Shown piece after piece: positions 39,658 through 48,785 of a stretch of DNA of 64,000 nucleotides. Below the pieces are notes generated by a model. It saw only the letters and a program-made list of their open reading frames with translations. It ran no database searches and was not told the origin of the DNA. Source of the DNA: a virus; the IMG/VR virus record IMGVR_UViG_3300032242_001280; one strand, written 5' to 3'. The translations under genes and the position numbers were made by a program. Positions within the stretch are counted from its first letter, which is position 1, and each line of letters opens with the position of its first letter.

Positions 39658-40210
39658 GTAAGTCCTTTCTACGATACAGTACAGTCATTCCAGGTTCCCA
39701 ATACAAACTATCAACAATATGCCACGGATCATTTGTTTGAATAAAATGGTTAACACCAAAAACAATGCCAATTGGTTTGCCGCCTTCGCCTAATTTTACA
39801 TTGGAGTCAGGTGTATGCGCATTAGAGAAGGTATTAGTTATTGCAATATATCTACTAACCTTTGATTCAAATTTTTGACAAACACTGAATACAAAATTTC
39901 CTTCTGCAAAGCTATCGACTAGTAGCATATCAGTTTCAGGAAGTTCTTCTTGATTTAATACTTGAATATTTTTAAAAATTAAATTAACTCCCGCCTCTGC
40001 AGCAAGAGCAAGATAGTCACTAATATCATGTTCAATATGGTCATATATGGTTATACTTTTTGGCTTTGCTGATATTGCTACTAAAGTGCTTAACCCACTT
40101 CCAAATCCAGCTATAGTAATATTGTTAACCTTGCGGCAATATTCTAAAAATCCAAACATTTGTGGATTTGTTTTGATATTCTCTGCGATGTTTTCATACA
40201 GTGCTTGCAT
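39638..40210 (-). CDS. Degenerate class I SAM-methyltransferase-like protein
   Basis: GFGSGLST, YD, DMLLVDS pattern. Confidence 0.45.
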   Translation of the reverse strand: MQALYENIAENIKTNPQMFGFLEYCRKVNNITIAGFGSGLSTLVAISAKPKSITIYDHIEHDISDYLALAAEAGVNLIFKNIQVLNQEELPETDMLLVDSFAEGNFVFSVCQKFESKVSRYIAITNTFSNAHTPDSNVKLGEGGKPIGIVFGVNHFIQTNDPWHIVDSLYWEPGMTVLYRRKDLLDNGAN

Positions 40211-40481
40211 TATATTTTTCCTTGCATAAATTTAATAATACTTGATAGTGTTCCCATGCTTCCATGACCGCAGGATACTGTTCACGAATCATAGCGTCAT
40301 AAAATGCGTTCTCTACAATATCATGTGCGGCATTTTTAGTAGTCCAAATTTCTTCACGGTCATTATGTGGCAGCATATTGATGCGCACACGAATTTCTTT
40401 TTCAGACTCACTATAACTACCAAACGGACGACGAGTGACGGTTTTGCCACCGTCTGGACTTTCATAAATCCAAGAGGCCAT
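40194..40481 (-). CDS. Hypothetical phage protein
   Basis: IYESPDGGKTV..R motif. Confidence 0.55.
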   Translation of the reverse strand: MASWIYESPDGGKTVTRRPFGSYSESEKEIRVRINMLPHNDREEIWTTKNAAHDIVENAFYDAMIREQYPAVMEAWEHYQVLLNLCKEKYNASTV

Positions 40482-40698
40482 TACGAATTCCTAGTGTTTG
40501 CGGAGAGTGATCAAGATATGGGTTACCATCACGCCGCTCATAAAAATAAGCATCGCTATCATTAATGGTTACACTTAAATCACTATGAAATATATCGTAA
40601 TCAGTAAATTCGCCATCGCTATGATAGACACGAAATACCCACACTTCGCCAATTGGAAGCAGAACTCCGCTTACGCCGTTTGCACTTTTTGATTTCAT
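40462..40698 (-). CDS. Hypothetical protein
   Basis: ORF directly after a sigma70-type promoter. Confidence 0.55.
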   Translation of the reverse strand: MKSKSANGVSGVLLPIGEVWVFRVYHSDGEFTDYDIFHSDLSVTINDSDAYFYERRDGNPYLDHSPQTLGIRNGLLDL

Positions 40699-40736
40699 AA
40701 TACTACTATATGTATTAATTGGTTCAATGTCAATAA

Positions 40737-41162
40737 TTATTTTGAATGATTACGAAGTGCAGTAGTCAATTGACTTGGCGGTATTTGATTCATTTTATAA
40801 CCATCGTATACATGCTTTAGATATTTCTGAGAAGGTTGTCTGCGTTCATCACCATGTAATATCATAACATATGTAAGTGCTTTATATAATTTGCCTTTGT
40901 ATAGCACTTCAATAACGGCATGATGGTAATCTTTACCATCACCTTCATAATAGTCTAATTGTTTTAGACCTTCATCACTCATTGCCCACAACACGCCATA
41001 GGTTTTTTCACCATCTGCCGCTACCATGTTAGTATAATGATTTAATTGTAACTGTTGATTTGGCGCAACTGCACGACCAATGCGCTTGGCATCTGGCACA
41101 CGGTGCTTTAATTCAGGAATGTTTGTGTTATGCCCATAAGCAAAGTATAGAATGCGTTCCAT
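40737..41162 (-). CDS. Gamma-glutamylcyclotransferase (AIG2-like)
   Basis: YFAYGHN, GVLW, LDYYEG, PSQKYL...GY. Confidence 0.85.
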   Translation of the reverse strand: MERILYFAYGHNTNIPELKHRVPDAKRIGRAVAPNQQLQLNHYTNMVAADGEKTYGVLWAMSDEGLKQLDYYEGDGKDYHHAVIEVLYKGKLYKALTYVMILHGDERRQPSQKYLKHVYDGYKMNQIPPSQLTTALRNHSK

Positions 41163-41178
41163 CGGAAATATTTATAAT

Positions 41179-41204
41179 AAAAAAGGGGAAGTAAAAACTT
41201 CCCC
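41179..41204 (-). terminator. Rho-independent terminator
   Basis: GGGGAAG-loop-CTTCCCC followed by a T-tract on the minus strand. Confidence 0.8.
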
Positions 41205-41234
41205 TAATCAGTGTTCATTCGCGTGAACTAATAT

Positions 41235-42068
41235 TTAGTCGTTGCCTGGATCGCCCTTGCACTTGGTTTTCTTTGCAGCGGCAACTGCCTTAAAGTCTGT
41301 TGCCCATAGTGGCAACTTATCAGTCTTCTTTGCATTTGGTGGAATTGGGAATACAAGACCACTTGCCTTTTCAACATCAGCAACAGTTACCTGAACCTTT
41401 GTTAGATCATTGCCTTGACCCTCTGCTTGTGGGAATAGAAACGCAAATGTTTCACCTGTTTGCTTGTCAATCACAATCTTGAATAAAAAATCAGGAACAA
41501 TAACCTTGTTAGCACCAATTGTCTTACTCTTGCCAGCAGTATAGATATCACCAGCATAGATGATTAGTGTATGATTGCGCGAGAATACCCAAGCACCTGT
41601 TGAACCTTCTAGCAACTTCCAGATACCACGATTAAGACCTGGCAACTGTGGCGACATATTGCTCATAAGAAAACTTTCAAACTCAACCTGCACATCCCAA
41701 CTCTGGTGAGCATCGTTTGCAATATGACCTTGATCATAACCACTAGCAGCATAATCACTTGGTGCCGAACGCTTGTCCGCTGGTAGAGCCGTGTCTGCAA
41801 CAAAAGCATTGGTGCGAGCAACGCAACCATTTACATGTTCTGGTGTGATATCCCATGCAGCCCATAGTGGTTCTTTGGCAACATTATCATGCATGATGAA
41901 ATAACCTTGACGGCATAGTGGGGTAGTGTCATGCTTGGCTGTATCGGTGATCTTACCATAAGGTAGAAAAGCAGCACAGACGCTATCTGGCTGATTTGGA
42001 CGCTGGTTCCATGCGTAGGCAAATGATGGGATTAGTAGTGCAAGTAGAATTACGAGAAGTTTCTTCAT
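41235..42068 (-). CDS. DNA/RNA non-specific endonuclease (NucA/EndoG family) with signal peptide
   Basis: MKKLLVILLALL..AYA signal; YDQGH; SNMSPQ...NRGIW..LE; VPDFLFK. Confidence 0.88.
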   Translation of the reverse strand: MKKLLVILLALLIPSFAYAWNQRPNQPDSVCAAFLPYGKITDTAKHDTTPLCRQGYFIMHDNVAKEPLWAAWDITPEHVNGCVARTNAFVADTALPADKRSAPSDYAASGYDQGHIANDAHQSWDVQVEFESFLMSNMSPQLPGLNRGIWKLLEGSTGAWVFSRNHTLIIYAGDIYTAGKSKTIGANKVIVPDFLFKIVIDKQTGETFAFLFPQAEGQGNDLTKVQVTVADVEKASGLVFPIPPNAKKTDKLPLWATDFKAVAAAKKTKCKGDPGND

Positions 42069-42104
42069 TGAGATATTTCCTTTTTGGATAAGGTATTTAA
42101 CAAT

Positions 42105-42139
42105 AAAAAAACACCGCAGAGTTTAATCTACGGTGTTTT
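42105..42139 (-). terminator. Rho-independent terminator
   Basis: AAAACACCGTAGA-TTAAAC-TCTGCGGTGTTTTTTT. Confidence 0.8.
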
Positions 42140-42313
42140 CTATCTGCTAGTTAATACGATATTGTTTAGTTTTTACACTTTACATTCTGTTAGTTATTTA
42201 CATGTTATTATTTTTAATTTTTAAGCTAGTTATTTAAAGTTAGTTTTCAAAGTTAGTTTTTACTACTGTCTATATGTTAAGCTAGTTATAGGTGCCATTC
42301 AGAGTGACCCTAC
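42105..42313 (-). ncRNA. Candidate ~210-nt small RNA with seven AACUA repeats
   Basis: Own TAAATA promoter (42319-42324), 5' hairpin, 7x AACTA in an A/U-rich body, 3' intrinsic terminator; no credible ORF. Confidence 0.55.
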
Positions 42314-42328
42314 ATCTTTATTTATCAT

Positions 42329-42526
42329 TTAGCATTTAATGCCAATATTTTTTAGCATGTCTCGTGCTTCGCTGCAATCTTTCTTTTCAAGATCGCAACA
42401 CATCATATCCATCAAAACCATTTCACATGTGACTGTATCCAATGAATCAACCCAATTTTTAATAATTGGTTGCGTGAAGTTGTAACTATATGACCAATTA
42501 TCTTGTTTATCATTTTCCATTTTCAA
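42329..42526 (-). CDS. Small hypothetical protein
   Basis: Downstream of a TTGACA promoter and AGGAG SD. Confidence 0.5.
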   Translation of the reverse strand: MKMENDKQDNWSYSYNFTQPIIKNWVDSLDTVTCEMVLMDMMCCDLEKKDCSEARDMLKNIGIKC

Positions 42527-42562
42527 CTCCTAAGTTATTAGTAAAGTATAATACTAAAACGG

Positions 42563-43192
42563 TTAATTGTCAATGGTTTTATTCAAGATATCTGGGTTGT
42601 TTTCCATAAAATTTTTGATAGTATCAAATGAATCATGAAATCTAATTTGAAATATTTTACGCAGATTATTATTTTCTATAGCATGTGTTTTAGTTGTGTC
42701 TAGTAGCCATGCTGTTTTTGGTATGGAATTATATGATAGCGTAGTATCGCCATCTTTTACCCATGTGTGTGCATTTGTGTCTTCGCATGCTACAATAAAA
42801 TTTATGTTACAATGACCTAAGTTTCCTTCATTGTCTTTCTTGCCGTCAATATGCGGTTTGACATATGAATCATGTTCAAAATAAGAAAAGTTGACAAAAT
42901 TTAAATTATTTTTTAAAAAATGTTCCTTGACATTTTTGCTCCATGGCAGCATAGTTTCTAGAAAATGACCGCACCAATTTAACCATGGTTTTCCATCTGT
43001 AAGTCTGTAATTTGCAATGACGCTTCCGTTATTTTTTATATTATATATATCTGCGCTATATGCAGCTTCATGCGTTACATGTTCTTCATACTTTCCTTCT
43101 TTGATCTTAGTGAAAAGGTGCGCAGCTATCTTGTCAACTTTTTTCCAATCAGTATTTTTTAATAAATTGATATTTTTAATTTCGTAAAGCAT
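42563..43192 (-). CDS. 2OG-Fe(II) oxygenase/cupin-like protein
   Basis: PHID...NINF...THAIEN...RKIFQIRF (HxD...H...R). Confidence 0.6.
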   Translation of the reverse strand: MLYEIKNINLLKNTDWKKVDKIAAHLFTKIKEGKYEEHVTHEAAYSADIYNIKNNGSVIANYRLTDGKPWLNWCGHFLETMLPWSKNVKEHFLKNNLNFVNFSYFEHDSYVKPHIDGKKDNEGNLGHCNINFIVACEDTNAHTWVKDGDTTLSYNSIPKTAWLLDTTKTHAIENNNLRKIFQIRFHDSFDTIKNFMENNPDILNKTIDN

Positions 43193-43227
43193 ATTTTATT
43201 TAATATCATTTTTCATTCTATTATTTT

Positions 43228-43449
43228 TTACCAGTTCTCATAATCAGTTGCATCAAGTCTTGCTATTTCTTCGCCTTTATTATCAAGAGCAATAGCATCA
43301 ACTCGTTGACCGATGCCATTGCCGTTTGATACAATAATCTTTACACTAATGGCGCTCATCATCAAATCGTTATCAAGCCACTCTTTTATTTTAGTGACCT
43401 CACTGGGCAATAGATGAACGCCGTTAGATTTAGTTTTTTTCTTAGTCAT
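43228..43449 (-). CDS. Small hypothetical protein
   Basis: Likely start MTKKKT overlapping the previous stop; C-terminal TDYENW. Confidence 0.45.
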   Translation of the reverse strand: MTKKKTKSNGVHLLPSEVTKIKEWLDNDLMMSAISVKIIVSNGNGIGQRVDAIALDNKGEEIARLDATDYENW

Positions 43450-43636
43450 TGCGCGGAAGAGAAGTTGCTTCCTTAACCAAATCAATAAGTTCTTCAACTG
43501 TACTAACGATGATCTTTGAAGTTTTCCATTCATTGTCTTCATCTCGACCGCCAACTTCAATCATGTATCCATTGTCATACATATTAACGCTGAAATTTTC
43601 ATTAACGGTCTTCAACTTGTCTTTTAAACTAGCCAT
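43442..43636 (-). CDS. Small hypothetical protein
   Basis: AGGAG SD and promoter upstream. Confidence 0.6.
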   Translation of the reverse strand: MASLKDKLKTVNENFSVNMYDNGYMIEVGGRDEDNEWKTSKIIVSTVEELIDLVKEATSLPRND

Positions 43637-43693
43637 TATTTTCTCCTACAACTGGATATTATTATAGTACTACTTTATAAAATAGTTGTCAAA

Positions 43694-44050
43694 TTAAATT
43701 TGAAATTTATCAATTAAGTGCAACATATATTGAAATGATTTTGCAGAGTATCTGATCTTAAAAGTGTATGTACCAGCTATATTCATGTAGCCATATCTTC
43801 CTATAATTCTGTGATTGTTTAAATCATAATAAACACCAAATTTATCTAACCAATGAATTTGAACATCATCTACACTTATTTTTTTAATAACAACAAGACC
43901 TGATATCAACTTTACTTTGACTTCTGTAATAGTTTTAGGATCATGAATAGTTTTATATGTATACAAATTCCCATTGACAGTCAAGCTATCATATGGCGAT
44001 ACATCAAATAAAGATTCATCAGATACTTCAATTTGTGTTGTTATGTTCAT
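43694..44050 (-). CDS. Hypothetical protein
   Basis: ORF coupled to the radical SAM gene. Confidence 0.5.
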   Translation of the reverse strand: MNITTQIEVSDESLFDVSPYDSLTVNGNLYTYKTIHDPKTITEVKVKLISGLVVIKKISVDDVQIHWLDKFGVYYDLNNHRIIGRYGYMNIAGTYTFKIRYSAKSFQYMLHLIDKFQI

Positions 44051-45539
44051 AATATAACTTTTCCAAACTGTTTAATTCTTTTTGCCACTTGTCTATCGGA
44101 AATCCGCCTTGTTTTTGATATTTTAAATCTTCACACAATTGAACTAATTTTCTCCAACGATCTAACCTAACGGGAAAAGTGTTACTTGGATTTACAGAAC
44201 TAGTCCAAAATTTCTGATAATTGGGCTTACTGATATTATGTCCTAATCCATATTTTTTCAATAACACAGGGTTATTCATAATAGGACTGTTATCAAGTAA
44301 CGCAAATGTTGGAGTTAATCCATATGTTATCATGCCGTTCTTGTTTAAATGTGCATACTTTTTAAACATGTCAAGTGTTAATTCAAAATCTTCATCAGTT
44401 TCACTTGGATATCCAACCATGACTAACCAAGATTGTGTAATACCTACTTTATGTAAAAGATTTACACTCCAATCTAAATCATCATCGGTAAATTTTTTAC
44501 CCATATCATATCTTATTTTTTCACTGCCGCTTTCTACACCAATACTCCACATAGTACAGCCAGCACGAGCAGCTAATTCAAAATCTTCAACTGGCATCTG
44601 ATTCTTGCCACGAAAAATAGCATAGCCGCCATAATCTAATTGGCGCGGCGCTTCTCGTGCTAGTATCTCATTTATTTTACGATAGTTGCTTACGCTGCCA
44701 TTAATTAAATTATCAGTGAATCTAAATTTCTTTACGCCTGTATTTCGCCAAAGTGATAAAATTTCATTAGCAACTTTTTCTGGATTTCTGTGAATAAACT
44801 TTGGCCAAAAACTCGCAACATCACAAAAGCTGCAACTACGAACGCATCCTTTGCTAGCAGTTATAAAATAATGCGGCTCATCGTATTTTTGTTCTTGATC
44901 TCTAAACTTAGATAATTTACTATAAATTTGTAAATCATAATCTGACCATTGAGATAGTGGAATATTATCTAAATCTTCTGCGGAAAGTTGTTCAGCTATT
45001 ATTAAACCACTTTTGTTGTTTTTAATAGCGTTTACTATCTCGTGTTCAGCATCTCCAACAATAACTAAATCTGCTATTACAGAATTTACAAATACATCAT
45101 AATGCTTTGTTGAATTTTCGCTAGATACTGATACTTCAAGTCCTTTGCCACCTGCAATGATTTTGCAATCAGGCAGATACCTACGAATCAAATAACTTAA
45201 CACAAGTGAAAAATCTAAACTTTCACTCGTAAAAACACTTAATCCAATATATTCTGGATTATGTTTTTGTTTAATATCTAGTAAAAATTTTCTTGTAAAT
45301 TTTAAAATATCTAAGAGTGCACGACGAGGAAGTTTTTCGCTATGCAAATATCCATTGCATAACATGTTTTTAAAACTAGGCCACCAAGCGCAATTGGCAA
45401 AGTTATCCAATAGTTTTATATTGAAATCTATGCCAACTGCGCTGATTGAATTTTTATTCAAGCATGCGCTTAATAATATTGGCGCAACTGCTGGATACGG
45501 TTCAAGGTAAGGGACGCTTAATATTACTACTCTGGTCAT
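44028..45539 (-). CDS. B12-binding-domain radical SAM protein
   Basis: IGLSVF/IIAGG/GDAE N-domain; SKGCVRSCSFC; FTDNLING; IGVESGS; VGYPSET. Confidence 0.88.
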   Translation of the reverse strand: MTRVVILSVPYLEPYPAVAPILLSACLNKNSISAVGIDFNIKLLDNFANCAWWPSFKNMLCNGYLHSEKLPRRALLDILKFTRKFLLDIKQKHNPEYIGLSVFTSESLDFSLVLSYLIRRYLPDCKIIAGGKGLEVSVSSENSTKHYDVFVNSVIADLVIVGDAEHEIVNAIKNNKSGLIIAEQLSAEDLDNIPLSQWSDYDLQIYSKLSKFRDQEQKYDEPHYFITASKGCVRSCSFCDVASFWPKFIHRNPEKVANEILSLWRNTGVKKFRFTDNLINGSVSNYRKINEILAREAPRQLDYGGYAIFRGKNQMPVEDFELAARAGCTMWSIGVESGSEKIRYDMGKKFTDDDLDWSVNLLHKVGITQSWLVMVGYPSETDEDFELTLDMFKKYAHLNKNGMITYGLTPTFALLDNSPIMNNPVLLKKYGLGHNISKPNYQKFWTSSVNPSNTFPVRLDRWRKLVQLCEDLKYQKQGGFPIDKWQKELNSLEKLYYEHNNTN

Positions 45540-45544
45540 AGCCC

Positions 45545-45871
45545 TTATTTAAAGACGCACCACAGTGGACCACCGCTTTTGTGACCATCACTAAAAGTAG
45601 TTTCGCCATATGCTTCTTTTGTACGAACATTAAACGCCATTTTAAAACGATTGCCAGTATCGCTTAACTCAACCACTGTTAGCCAAGGGTCTTCGAATGC
45701 ACTGGCAGCACTGCGGAAACCTTTGGCATCCCACTGAATCATAGAAGTTCCACCACTGCCTACAACAGTAAAGTGTTCGCCACTTTGGAAATAGCAGGTA
45801 AGCGTAGCAGGTTGTTCAGCCAATACAGGTGTAGCAAGCAGCAACAATGCTGCTAGTAAAATCTTTCGCAT
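45545..45871 (-). CDS. Secreted hypothetical protein
   Basis: Signal peptide MRKILLAALLLLATPVLA. Confidence 0.55.
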   Translation of the reverse strand: MRKILLAALLLLATPVLAEQPATLTCYFQSGEHFTVVGSGGTSMIQWDAKGFRSAASAFEDPWLTVVELSDTGNRFKMAFNVRTKEAYGETTFSDGHKSGGPLWCVFK

Positions 45872-45872
45872 A

Positions 45873-46121
45873 TTAGTTGACCTTCTTACAAACTTGTTTG
45901 CCATCCGCACCCATACGAGGCGTAAGTGAATAACGATACAAATACTGACAACCTGTTAGGTAATCGGTATATACATCCATGTGGCTGTTTTCATGCGGAC
46001 CATCGCTATCATCTCGTGGTTCATACGGCAGTGATGCCTGATAAATTGTTATCCCAAAAATTGCGGCACAACACAACATATAAAAAGTCCACCAAGACCA
46101 CCACTTAAAATACTTCTTCAT
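45873..46121 (-). CDS. Small membrane protein
   Basis: TM helix; D..TGCQYL...LTPR..ADGK..C motif. Confidence 0.6.
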   Translation of the reverse strand: MKKYFKWWSWWTFYMLCCAAIFGITIYQASLPYEPRDDSDGPHENSHMDVYTDYLTGCQYLYRYSLTPRMGADGKQVCKKVN

Positions 46122-46276
46122 GACTTTACATCCTTTTGTTTAATATTACCCCATTGGTCTTGCAGTACATAGCGTGTACCATGTGGAATACTATTGCTGC
46201 GATAAACCAGTGCTTTTGTGTCTATTATAGTCCACTGGCTGCGTGTGAATAGCAAGTCCCATAACCAACGCAACAT
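46118..46276 (-). CDS. 52-aa paralog 2 of a tandem duplicated mini-gene
   Basis: MLRWLWDLLFTRSQWTIIDTK...GTRYVLQDQWGNIKQKDVKS. Confidence 0.65.
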   Translation of the reverse strand: MLRWLWDLLFTRSQWTIIDTKALVYRSNSIPHGTRYVLQDQWGNIKQKDVKS

Positions 46277-46434
46277 TATGTCACATCCTTCTTCTTGATA
46301 TTTCCAAACTGGTTTTGCAGCACATAGCGTGTGCCAGTTGTTGTATTATAATTATCAGGATCATACAGCCTGACCTCTTTTAATATAGTCCACTGGCTGC
46401 GTGTGAATAGTAAATCCCATAACCAACGCAGCAT
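46276..46434 (-). CDS. 52-aa paralog 1 of a tandem duplicated mini-gene
   Basis: MLRWLWDLLFTRSQWTILKEV...GTRYVLQNQFGNIKKKDVT. Confidence 0.65.
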   Translation of the reverse strand: MLRWLWDLLFTRSQWTILKEVRLYDPDNYNTTTGTRYVLQNQFGNIKKKDVT

Positions 46435-46730
46435 TATGCAATGCTCCACTCATAATCATCAATGGTCATCACACTTTCATATCCATCATATTCATCAATA
46501 CGATACTGCGTACCAGGTGCCAATTCACGGATAGCCAAGCGAGCAAAATCACCGTTTGCTGCTGCACCTAATTCTTCTACAACCTGCGCAAGAATAGGGT
46601 CAGCACGATTTACTTCATAAACATACCAATCATCTGGTTTAGTTTCGCCACGAATTTCCCAATAACGAGCAATTGCCTCTTTGGACAATCCAAATCCACC
46701 GTAGGCAGCATTAAACACGATTTTTGTCAT
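46434..46730 (-). CDS. Hypothetical phage protein
   Basis: YGGFGLS...RADP.L..VVEELG...IDEYDGYE. Confidence 0.65.
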   Translation of the reverse strand: MTKIVFNAAYGGFGLSKEAIARYWEIRGETKPDDWYVYEVNRADPILAQVVEELGAAANGDFARLAIRELAPGTQYRIDEYDGYESVMTIDDYEWSIA

Positions 46731-47011
46731 ACCCCAACCTTATCCGCTCTCTCACGATCTATACTCATAATAACACTGTTACCAATATCTGTCAAGTTTT
46801 TATTTGGTGGAAAGAAGATGAAAGCATTAGGGTCGCTTACCTTGGTGCCGTTTAGCCGTATGCCGCCACTATCTAACAGGCGATTAAACTCACTCTTACT
46901 TGTGACAAGTTTAGCATCAACGCCAACCTGTGCAAGATTGATGGCACGAGCATATTGCGCCAGTGGCACATATTGCCAAGTTGTTAGTATTTCTTCTAAT
47001 GCTATATTCAT
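46727..47011 (-). CDS. Stand-alone S4-like RNA-binding domain resembling the TyrRS C-terminus
   Basis: LVTSKSEFNRLLDSGGIRLNGTKVSD. Confidence 0.6.
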   Translation of the reverse strand: MNIALEEILTTWQYVPLAQYARAINLAQVGVDAKLVTSKSEFNRLLDSGGIRLNGTKVSDPNAFIFFPPNKNLTDIGNSVIMSIDRERADKVGV

Positions 47012-48785
47012 TGTCCATTTCTCAATGATGCCAACACATATTCTTCACTGGTCATATTAGCATAGGCTTGAATGTGACCTAATCTAATTGCCTTTGTAAT
47101 TATTCTTTCTTCTGTTTCGGTTAAGTGACCAGAATGCACTCTAATTTCAGCACGAGGCACAAGACGCAAACCATCAATAAACCTGAATTGTCTATGATTT
47201 GGACCTACGCTTACAGTATCGGATTTTTCAGCGGTGATCATATCTGTTCATATACCTTTGGCGATTAGCATCAACTAACTGTGACATTATATCATTAAAC
47301 TCTTTACTGACCACCCATGGTTTTTCGGCGTTTGGAATTATCTCTTTACTATCCGCAAACATCATGAAACCTTCAAATGTTTTTGGGTCATGAACAAGCC
47401 ACAACTTATCTTCCGCCCACAGTTTAAACAATTCACTTGTAGTATAGGTCACTTACAAATCTCGTTGATTTCTGCAACTGTGCGTGTGGTCTTGGCATAT
47501 TCTACTTTACAACTGCTCTTCTGCCAACTATCAACACCTGCACCAACCATAATAGCAGACATAACAACTGCCATCATAATACAATACCATTTATATTCCA
47601 TTATAAATTATCCTTTGAACATTGTGGACACAGTAGTTTCTGTGTCATATCTAATTTATCTGGCTCACCAAACCTACTATGCGCTTCCCATACTGGTTCC
47701 ATCTTGTGATAAGAATAGTACCAGCCTTGTAGTTGCTTAAAGCGTTCTTCGGTTACTGTTGCTGCACTATTAAATTGTGCCATTGTTTGATCAGTTCTTG
47801 TTGCAGTATCGGCTTCTTGTTGTCTTTCGCATATGTGTTCTTCCTCATGATTACACGCATCGCATTGCAGCGTAAGAACATAGGTTTTTAAAACAAAGGT
47901 TTTAAGAGGCATTTGCTTTTACCACTGCAATAGAACGCCAATCTGTATTTTCATCTAATACCACACTATTCACGGCATCGTTATTTTTGCTCAATAGATT
48001 ATGCAGAACTCTTGCTGCATCACCACGAACGCCATAACAATTTTTATCACAACGATATACAGAACCACTTGCACCATAGAATAGCCAATGATTGTCTTCT
48101 TCACCCACAGCAGTGATACCACTGTTCATGCGCCAAGCATCGCCATCCAGATAGCCACCACTCCAACCTGCCAGAACTTTATTATAAGTTTGACCGTTGT
48201 TAGTGATATTCACTACTACCCAGTTATGCGGTGTGTAATCATAACTCATCTCATTGCAATCCAAAATGTTTTTTTACATCTTCGATGCATCGACGCACTT
48301 CCATGTCTTCACGATTAAGGTCTCCCATAAACCGTTTGTTTAAAGTATCTACACATTCCTGAATAACCAACTGCGCAAACTTCTCAACATCTTCTTGTTC
48401 GGCATTGCCATTAATAAAGTAGTGTCTAGGTGTTTCATGATCTACATAGTTCAACAATCCAGCATCTAGCGCAAGTTCTTTAATTCGCTCATTCATCGTG
48501 CTTTTCCCAACAATCATACTCATCGTCCCAATGACGATTATCATATAACTTAACACTAACATAGAACCACAGTATTGTCAAGTCAAATTCTGGACCAGCG
48601 TGATCACGACCAAACCACCAAGTGTCAAGATTGATGCTAAAAAATTCATCTAAATCGCTCCAAAATGAAACTTGTATTTCAAAGTTTTTATGTCTGGTAA
48701 TGCGGTAATTCCGTAAAAAAACATTACTAGTTGATACCCAAGACTTGGCAAATGGATTGCCTATTCGTAAATGAAATCCTATCAT
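47008..48785 (-). other. Run of about seven small coupled hypothetical ORFs
   Basis: 47008-47241, 47228-47452, ~47449-47601, 47601-47912, 47902-48264, 48251-~48496, 48489-~48785; overlapping starts and stops. Confidence 0.55.

Noticed and set aside
42140-42300. CRISPR array or mini-array
   Set aside because: Repeats are only 5-13 nt with irregular short spacing; no cas genes in the window
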